64,000 nucleotides of DNA from assembly GCA_016292045.1 (NCBI GenBank), contig JAEEZX010000006.1:7757-71756 (forward strand), given 5' to 3'. Both the position numbers and the translations under genes were made by a program. The notes under the pieces were generated by a model. The model was given only the letters and a program-made list of their open reading frames with translations, made no database searches and had not been told where the DNA came from. Numbering within the stretch: position 1 is the first letter of the stretch; every line of letters starts with the position of its first letter. Shown here one piece after another: positions 58,291-64,000 of this stretch. The DNA is from Bacteroidaceae bacterium. GTDB taxonomy: Bacteria; Bacteroidota; Bacteroidia; Bacteroidales; Bacteroidaceae.

Positions 58291-58950
58291 TCCGTCTTTT
58301 TGAAGGAGCCACACCTCGTCGGAGAGCCTTAAGGCATGCTCCACATCGTGTGTGGAAACAAGAATCGTACGCGACATCTCATGTGCCAAACGTGAGAGCA
58401 GAGTGAGTGTGTTCACCTTACTGGGATAATCCAGAAAAGCCGTCGGTTCGTCCAGCAGGATATTGGGAGTCTCCTGAGCCATAGCCTTCGCTATCATCAC
58501 TTTCTGGCGCTCGCCGTCGGAAAGAGTGTGCACGCGTCTTGACGAAAGGTCTCTCACGCCGACAGCATCGATACTATTCTCCACGATATCTGCGTCCTCT
58601 TGTGTGAGTCGTCCCCAAAAACCGGTGTACGGACTTCTGCCCAGAGCAACCACCTCTCTCGACGTCATCGAGGCAGACGGGATATCTCTTGTTGTGACGA
58701 TGGATATCTTCTGCGCCAGTTCCCTTTTATCGTACCCATTGATACTGCGTCCATCAATAACGACGTCTCCCTCCAATACAGGTTGCAAACCGGCTATAGA
58801 ACGCAGCAAGGTGGACTTCCCTACTCCGTTGCGCCCCACAAGACAGATGAGACGGCCCTCCTGCATCTGAGCAGAAAGGGGGCACGTGACATTCACGGCA
58901 CCGTGATGTGTGCGATATCCTATTACAAGTTTTTCCAGCCGGATACTCAT
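58123..58950 (-). CDS. Orphan ABC transporter ATP-binding protein (FepC/BtuD-like). Its 3' end runs antisense into prs.
   Basis: Walker A GRNGVGKST, signature LSDGERQ, Walker B ILLDEP and H-loop STHD. The last ~55 codons overlap prs on the opposite strand. No permease or binding-protein gene is adjacent. Confidence 0.7.
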   Translation of the reverse strand: MSIRLEKLVIGYRTHHGAVNVTCPLSAQMQEGRLICLVGRNGVGKSTLLRSIAGLQPVLEGDVVIDGRSINGYDKRELAQKISIVTTRDIPSASMTSREVVALGRSPYTGFWGRLTQEDADIVENSIDAVGVRDLSSRRVHTLSDGERQKVMIAKAMAQETPNILLDEPTAFLDYPSKVNTLTLLSRLAHEMSRTILVSTHDVEHALRLSDEVWLLQKDGLYKVLRRDALVLHHAADGLGEEVGDGNLLDLGTALGVGDGVGEDNLLKRTILYAL

Positions 58951-58955
58951 AGAGC

Positions 58956-59246
58956 TTAGCAGAAGACGATATCCTGTACCACTTGAGCACCCGCCTCGTG
59001 GTTGATGGCATGAATGTAGGCGCTTCTATTCATCAGGAGATTGTGACGCAACGGTGCACTCTTTATCTGCACGTGCAGTTTCTCCCCCTGAAAACTTACT
59101 TCACCGATGTATCTGGCGTATTGTTCCCCAATAACACGAACCACCGCCTCCTCCGCCCTGAAACGGGCCAAAGGAGTTACCAACCCTTCTGAACGCAAAA
59201 AGTTGTCCAGAAGGGCTGTTATTCTCTGAGGTCTGCGATACAGCAA
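58956..59246 (-). CDS. DUF721 (DciA-like) protein
   Basis: 96 aa. The size and the pattern ...A.V..I.....L.V...S......L resemble DUF721. Called from memory of the family. Confidence 0.5.
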   Translation of the reverse strand: MLYRRPQRITALLDNFLRSEGLVTPLARFRAEEAVVRVIGEQYARYIGEVSFQGEKLHVQIKSAPLRHNLLMNRSAYIHAINHEAGAQVVQDIVFC

Positions 59247-59249
59247 TAC

Positions 59250-60764
59250 TTACTGATGTTGGTCTCTGAGCAAATCGTTGACAGTCTTCACGGGATTGAA
59301 TGTCCCGAGTGGCACCTCCACCATGATTGTGGACCAGTCGCTCATGGCTCCGTTCCACAGACCGGGCAGCTCGAGAGCCTTGAGTTCACGTCCCGACTTA
59401 CTCTTGAATGAGATGAAACCTGTGGCGGGATCAACATATTTGGGCAAATCAAACTTATTACCCTTATAGTCTTTGATGGCGCACACGAGATCTACGGGAT
59501 TGAAGTGAGTGCCCTCCGTGAACATCTTCTGATACTCTGCATTATTCTGGTCAATCTGACTTGATTCCAGAATCTGCATCGACACACTGCCGTCGGGATT
59601 ATAAGCCAGGAACGGACCGCCGCCAGGCTCACCCACATTCTTCACAACACCCGTTGCACGCATCGGACGGTTGAGCTTGGAACGGAGGTAATTCACCAGT
59701 TCCGTATCCTCCATATCCTTCACTCCCTCCTTGTCGCAACAAAGAGTGTGACGCACGAAACGAATCATTTCTTCAAGGTCCGAATGGGCGTATTCTCCAC
59801 TGTCAAGTTTACGCAGATATGTAAAGGCTTTCTCCTGCGCATCAACAAGCACACCGGCCAGAACCTGCTTCCAGAGAACTGTCTCTTCCTTCAAACGGTC
59901 GGGAACCACATTGTCAATGTTCTTGATAAACACTATCTCGGAATCCAAATCGGAAAGATTCTCTATCAAAGCTCCGTGACCGCCTGGACGGAACAGCAGT
60001 TTACCGTCTACACGGAAAGGCTCGTTGTCCATCGTTGCCGCGAGAGTATCTGTAGAGGGCTTCTGCTCGGAGAAAGACACATTGTAGTGCACACCGTATT
60101 CCTTCTCATAGTCTGCCAGCACGTCCTTCACCAACTGCTGGAATAAAGCCTTGTGCTCCGATGACACAGTAAAATGAACGTTTGCCTCGCCCTTACTGCT
60201 CGCATACATTGCAGCCTCCACCAGATGCTCCTCGAGAGGAGTGCGCGCCTGTGTCTCATAGGTGTGGAACTGAAGAAGACCCTTCGGCAGCTGGCCGTAG
60301 TTGAGACCGTCGGCATCCAGCATTGCCACCACGACGTCCTTGTAACGGCCTTCCGACACAAGAGCGTCTGCACCCTTGCCGTACATCACCACGCAGGCAT
60401 CGTCCAATGCAGGGAAGAAAGCGAAGTCATGCAGACGCGCAAAGAACTTCTTCTCGAAATCTGTTGTCGGAACATCGTAATCTGCATCCGCAAACTCGAA
60501 CATAGCCTTGAACATACGGCTTGCAGCACCGGAAGCCGGCACGAACTTCGTAATCTTGTGGCCTTCCTTCTTATACTGCTCCCAAAGATGCACATAGCGT
60601 TTTTGGTCCTCTATAGACGGACGCACTATACCGTTTTCCACACTTGCTGCGGCCTTTAGACGAAGAAACGGGAAACCTTCACGGAACTGTTTGAGCTGAC
60701 TTTCAATTTGCGATTCACTTATACCCTTTTGCTGAAGCAAGAGTTTGTCTTCCTGTGTTAACAT
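59250..60764 (-). CDS. DUF4301 family protein (nucleotidyltransferase-like, uncharacterised)
   Basis: 504 aa. The N-terminal LTQEDKLLLQQKGISESQIESQLKQF and KFVPASGAASRMFK motif are recalled from DUF4301. Confidence 0.6.
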   Translation of the reverse strand: MLTQEDKLLLQQKGISESQIESQLKQFREGFPFLRLKAAASVENGIVRPSIEDQKRYVHLWEQYKKEGHKITKFVPASGAASRMFKAMFEFADADYDVPTTDFEKKFFARLHDFAFFPALDDACVVMYGKGADALVSEGRYKDVVVAMLDADGLNYGQLPKGLLQFHTYETQARTPLEEHLVEAAMYASSKGEANVHFTVSSEHKALFQQLVKDVLADYEKEYGVHYNVSFSEQKPSTDTLAATMDNEPFRVDGKLLFRPGGHGALIENLSDLDSEIVFIKNIDNVVPDRLKEETVLWKQVLAGVLVDAQEKAFTYLRKLDSGEYAHSDLEEMIRFVRHTLCCDKEGVKDMEDTELVNYLRSKLNRPMRATGVVKNVGEPGGGPFLAYNPDGSVSMQILESSQIDQNNAEYQKMFTEGTHFNPVDLVCAIKDYKGNKFDLPKYVDPATGFISFKSKSGRELKALELPGLWNGAMSDWSTIMVEVPLGTFNPVKTVNDLLRDQHQ

Positions 60765-60795
60765 AATTGTATTAGTTTATAATGTAATTTCAGCG

Positions 60796-60803
60796 CAAAA
60801 ATA
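60796..60803 (-). promoter_or_regulatory. -7 promoter box (TATTTTTG on minus strand)
   Basis: Plus strand reads CAAAAATA, 32 nt upstream of the ATG at 60764. Confidence 0.5.
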
Positions 60804-60867
60804 GTAAAAAGAAATGAAACTGCAAAAATAAATATATACAATGAATATCGATTTGTCATTAATTTTA

Positions 60868-60875
60868 TATCTTTG
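60868..60875 (+). promoter_or_regulatory. -7 promoter box TATCTTTG
   Basis: Match to TAnnTTTG 10 nt before the ATG at 60885. This implies a leaderless or near-leaderless mutS2 mRNA and excludes the TTG start at 60873. Confidence 0.5.
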
Positions 60876-60884
60876 CACCCCGAA

Positions 60885-63302
60885 ATGGAGAATAAGATAG
60901 GCTTTGACCAGATAAAACTCATGCTTGCTGACAATTGTCAGTCGAAATTGGGACGTGAACACATCGATGCACTAACGTGGATGGATGATGTGGACACAAT
61001 TCGGCAGAGACAAGAGGAAACGCAAGAGATGCAGACACTGATTTCCTCTCTGACAGAAACGCCGGAAATGGCGTTCTATGATTTGAGGGAAGTGGTGCAA
61101 CGCATACGTATCGAAGGCACATACATACAGGAAGAAGACCTGCACCACCTGTACCTCACACTCGTCACCATGCACGGGTGGCTCCGACTCATACGCCATG
61201 AGGAAAGCAGCGAACCCTCCGGTACGGAAACTCCGGAATCAACATTCCCTGCATTGGAGCGGATGGCCAACGGCGTGTTCACATTCCATGCCGTAGAACA
61301 ATGCGCCGCCAAAATACTGGATAAGCACGGACATATAAAAGACGAGGCCTCCCCTGCTCTCTCACGTGTAAGAAACGAATTGAGAAAAGCAGAAGGAAGT
61401 GTATCACGTACACTCCAGAGCATACTGCGGAACATAAAGGAAGACGGACTCGTGGAGGCTGACACAAATCCTACACTCAGAGACGGACGCCTGGTGATTC
61501 CTGTCTCCCCCTCTGTGAAGAAACGCCTAGGCGGCATCGTACACGACGAATCCGCCACGGGAAAGACCGTCTTCGTGGAACCGCAGGAAGTGGTAGAGGC
61601 AAACAACAGAATCAGGGAACTCGAAGCAGAAGAGAAGAGAGAGGTTATACGTATCCTGCAACACTTCACCACACTCATCCGTCCGAATGTCAAGGAACTG
61701 CTGAAAGCATTCAACTTTATGGGACAACTGGAGTTTGTCATGGCACGTGTTTTCTTTGCAAAGGAAATGGGCTGCATCTGTCCCATCCCCTCATCTCGTC
61801 CTATTATCGACTGGACTCTTGCCAGGCATCCCCTTTTGGAGCGCTCGCTGAAAAAGCAGGGAAGACAGATTGTTCCTCTTGATATCCTTCTCGACAAAGA
61901 CGGCAAAATACTTATCATTTCCGGACCGAACGCCGGCGGCAAGAGTGTCTGTCTCAAGACGGTAGGCCTGATACAATATATGCTGCAATGCGGTTTGCCC
62001 GTTCCTTTGGGAGAAAACTCAAAATGCGGCATCTTCTCTGAAATGCTCATCGATATAGGCGACGACCAAAGTATCGAGAACGACCTCTCCACCTACTCCT
62101 CTCACCTTGTGACAATGAAACGCATGATGAAGGCAGCCAATGCCACCATCCTGCTTCTTGTTGACGAGATGGGAAGCGGCACGGAGCCAACTATCGGAGG
62201 AGCTATGGCAGAAGCCATTTTGGAACGTTTCCACGAACAGGGAGCGTGGGCAGTCATCACGACACATTACCAGAACCTCAAACATTTTGCCGACAGTCAC
62301 AAAGGCGTACGCAACGGCGCTATGCTTTACGACAGACAGAAGATGGAAGCACTCTTCCAACTGCAAATCGGGAACCCCGGCAGTTCCTTCGCCATTGAAA
62401 TCGCCCGCAAGATAGGCATCCCCAACGACGTGATACAGCGCGCCACCTCTATTGTCGGACAGGACTATGTCTCCGCCGACAAATATCTATTGGATATCGT
62501 ACGCGATAAACGCTATTGGGAGGACAAACGCCAGAATATCCATGAGAAGGAAAAACGCATGGAAGCCACAATCCAGCGCTACGAGGAGAAAATCGAAGGA
62601 CTGCGCCAGGAGAAGAAAGACATTCTGCATTCTGCCAGAGAAGAGGCCAAGGAGATTGTCTCCAGTGCCAACGCCGCTGTGGAACGCACCATCAAGGAGA
62701 TACGCGAAGCACAGGCCGACAAACAACGCACAAAAGAAGCCAGGGAAACCCTCGCCGGCGTGATGGAGTCGCTGGCAGCGCCCGCAAAAGTCGTATCCGA
62801 ACATATTAAGCGTCAACAGCCCCAACCCCACGCCACCGAGCATCTTGTAATCGCTGTGGGCAAGTACGCAAGGATTAAGGGGGCAACCACCGTAGGACGT
62901 ATCGACCGTATTGACGGCAAGAAAGTGACACTCACCTTCGGGCACATTCACACAGTGACGACATTGGACCGCATCGAAGCAGCAAAAGCGCCAAAACCGT
63001 CTCCCACGCAATCACCGGCAACGGTGACCACCCATCTTGTGCACCAGCATAATATCGAATTCTCCCCGGATCTGGACATACGCGGACAGCGTGCAGACGA
63101 AGCACTCAACACACTGATGCACTACATGGACGACGCTCTTATGACGGGAGCATCACGAGTACGCATTCTGCACGGTACCGGTACCGGCGCACTCAGAGAA
63201 CTCTGCCGCCACTACATGCAAACCGTTCCGCGCGTCATCTCCGTACGAGACGAAGACGTACGCTTTGGCGGTGCTGGAATAACGGTTGTGGAGATGAAGT
63301 GA
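60885..63302 (+). CDS. mutS2: Endonuclease MutS2 (MutS ATPase core + C-terminal Smr domain)
   Basis: Walker A SGPNAGGKS, DEMGSGTEP, and a C-terminal Smr domain (LDIRGQRADEAL...ILHGTGTGALR). Confidence 0.9.
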   Translation: MENKIGFDQIKLMLADNCQSKLGREHIDALTWMDDVDTIRQRQEETQEMQTLISSLTETPEMAFYDLREVVQRIRIEGTYIQEEDLHHLYLTLVTMHGWLRLIRHEESSEPSGTETPESTFPALERMANGVFTFHAVEQCAAKILDKHGHIKDEASPALSRVRNELRKAEGSVSRTLQSILRNIKEDGLVEADTNPTLRDGRLVIPVSPSVKKRLGGIVHDESATGKTVFVEPQEVVEANNRIRELEAEEKREVIRILQHFTTLIRPNVKELLKAFNFMGQLEFVMARVFFAKEMGCICPIPSSRPIIDWTLARHPLLERSLKKQGRQIVPLDILLDKDGKILIISGPNAGGKSVCLKTVGLIQYMLQCGLPVPLGENSKCGIFSEMLIDIGDDQSIENDLSTYSSHLVTMKRMMKAANATILLLVDEMGSGTEPTIGGAMAEAILERFHEQGAWAVITTHYQNLKHFADSHKGVRNGAMLYDRQKMEALFQLQIGNPGSSFAIEIARKIGIPNDVIQRATSIVGQDYVSADKYLLDIVRDKRYWEDKRQNIHEKEKRMEATIQRYEEKIEGLRQEKKDILHSAREEAKEIVSSANAAVERTIKEIREAQADKQRTKEARETLAGVMESLAAPAKVVSEHIKRQQPQPHATEHLVIAVGKYARIKGATTVGRIDRIDGKKVTLTFGHIHTVTTLDRIEAAKAPKPSPTQSPATVTTHLVHQHNIEFSPDLDIRGQRADEALNTLMHYMDDALMTGASRVRILHGTGTGALRELCRHYMQTVPRVISVRDEDVRFGGAGITVVEMK

Positions 63303-64000
63303 CTAACGGCCCTTGTACATATCCTCGTAGTACTTCTCGTACTCTCCCGAGGTGATATTGTCCATCCAGGCTTCGTTCTCCAGATACCACTTCACAGTTT
63401 TCTCGATACCTTCCTCAAACTGCAGGGATGGTTCCCATCCGAGCTCCTTCTGCAGTTTTGTAGAATCTATCGCATAGCGGGCATCGTGACCCAGACGGTC
63501 TGTCACATAGGTGATAAGGTCGAGGTCTTCGCCTTCCTTACGACCCAACAGACGGTCCACCGTCTTGATGACGGTCTTAATGATGTCGATATTCTTCCAC
63601 TCGTTGAAGCCTCCGATGTTATACGTCTCAGCTATCTTTCCGTTGTGGAATATCGTATCAATAGCTCTTGCATGATCCACCACATACAGCCAGTCACGCA
63701 CGTTCTCTCCCTTGCCGTAAACGGGAAGGGGCTTGCGATAACGTATATTGTTGATGAACAGAGGTATCAGCTTCTCAGGGAACTGGTAAGGACCGTAGTT
63801 GTTGGAACAGTTGGTCACAATCGTCGGCATCCCGTATGTGTCGTGGAAGGCACGCACGAAATGGTCGGAGGAAGCCTTTGAGGCACTGTAGGGAGAATGG
63901 GGATTGTACTTCGTCGTCTCGTAGAAGAAATCCTTGCCGTATGCCAGATGGTGCTCCGAAGACGATGCCGTCGTGGTGAAAGGAGGCTCGATACCCTCCG
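63303..64000 (-). CDS. rfbB: dTDP-glucose 4,6-dehydratase (C-terminal part; the gene continues past the window end)
   Basis: The frame is open to position 64000. HSPYSASKASSDHFVRAF contains the YxxxK catalytic motif, followed by NCSNNYGPYQFPEKLIP. Confidence 0.9.
   Translation of the reverse strand, partial: EGIEPPFTTTASSSEHHLAYGKDFFYETTKYNPHSPYSASKASSDHFVRAFHDTYGMPTIVTNCSNNYGPYQFPEKLIPLFINNIRYRKPLPVYGKGENVRDWLYVVDHARAIDTIFHNGKIAETYNIGGFNEWKNIDIIKTVIKTVDRLLGRKEGEDLDLITYVTDRLGHDARYAIDSTKLQKELGWEPSLQFEEGIEKTVKWYLENEAWMDNITSGEYEKYYEDMYKGR

Overview
This window looks like a chromosomal, mostly housekeeping segment of a Bacteroidota genome, probably Bacteroidales and Prevotellaceae-like. The taxon call rests on TAnnTTTG -7 promoter boxes, lipoprotein-rich gene content, GldH/GldE homologues and a long-tailed S16.

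Gene content, in order:
- Glycan-utilisation enzymes: two GH2 and one GH51.
- A Kv-type K+ channel and glmM.
- holB, a PSP1 protein and gldH, facing the cell-shape operon purH'-mreBCD-mrdA-rodA.
- tcdA with a tRNA(CAU).
- An LptF/G permease, ribBA, an aminotransferase, coaE-pth-L25 and pepT.
- An MscS channel, an SGNH esterase and a 1276-aa secreted multidomain protein.
- dnaG, ndk, an M23/LysM peptidase, and DUF1599-DoxX-like-tpiA-SPOR-folE.
- A calycin-like/HmuY-like/TonB-receptor uptake locus.
- skp, gldE-ssb, a phosphoglucomutase, rpsP, prs, mutS2 and partial rfbB.

I found no CRISPR array, integrase, transposase, recognisable defence system or riboswitch-sized leader. I consider this an ordinary core region with several local oddities rather than a clear novel system.

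The points most worth a second look:
1. A family of period-7, purine-rich tandem arrays sits immediately after stop codons. They place stop codons in all reading frames on both strands. One copy is embedded in a GH2 coding region.
2. purH is cut down to its IMP cyclohydrolase domain.
3. Three genes lack their expected stop and run on: DoxX-like into tpiA through an A8 tract, gldH into antisense rodA, and an orphan ABC ATPase into antisense prs.
4. An orphan 1276-aa secreted protein has a lyase-like core flanked by two related beta-sandwich modules.
5. An unannotated 56-codon membrane ORF is coupled to skp.
6. There is a strong regional G+C mosaic.

All functional calls come from reading the translated ORFs and recalling family motifs. 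No database search was run.
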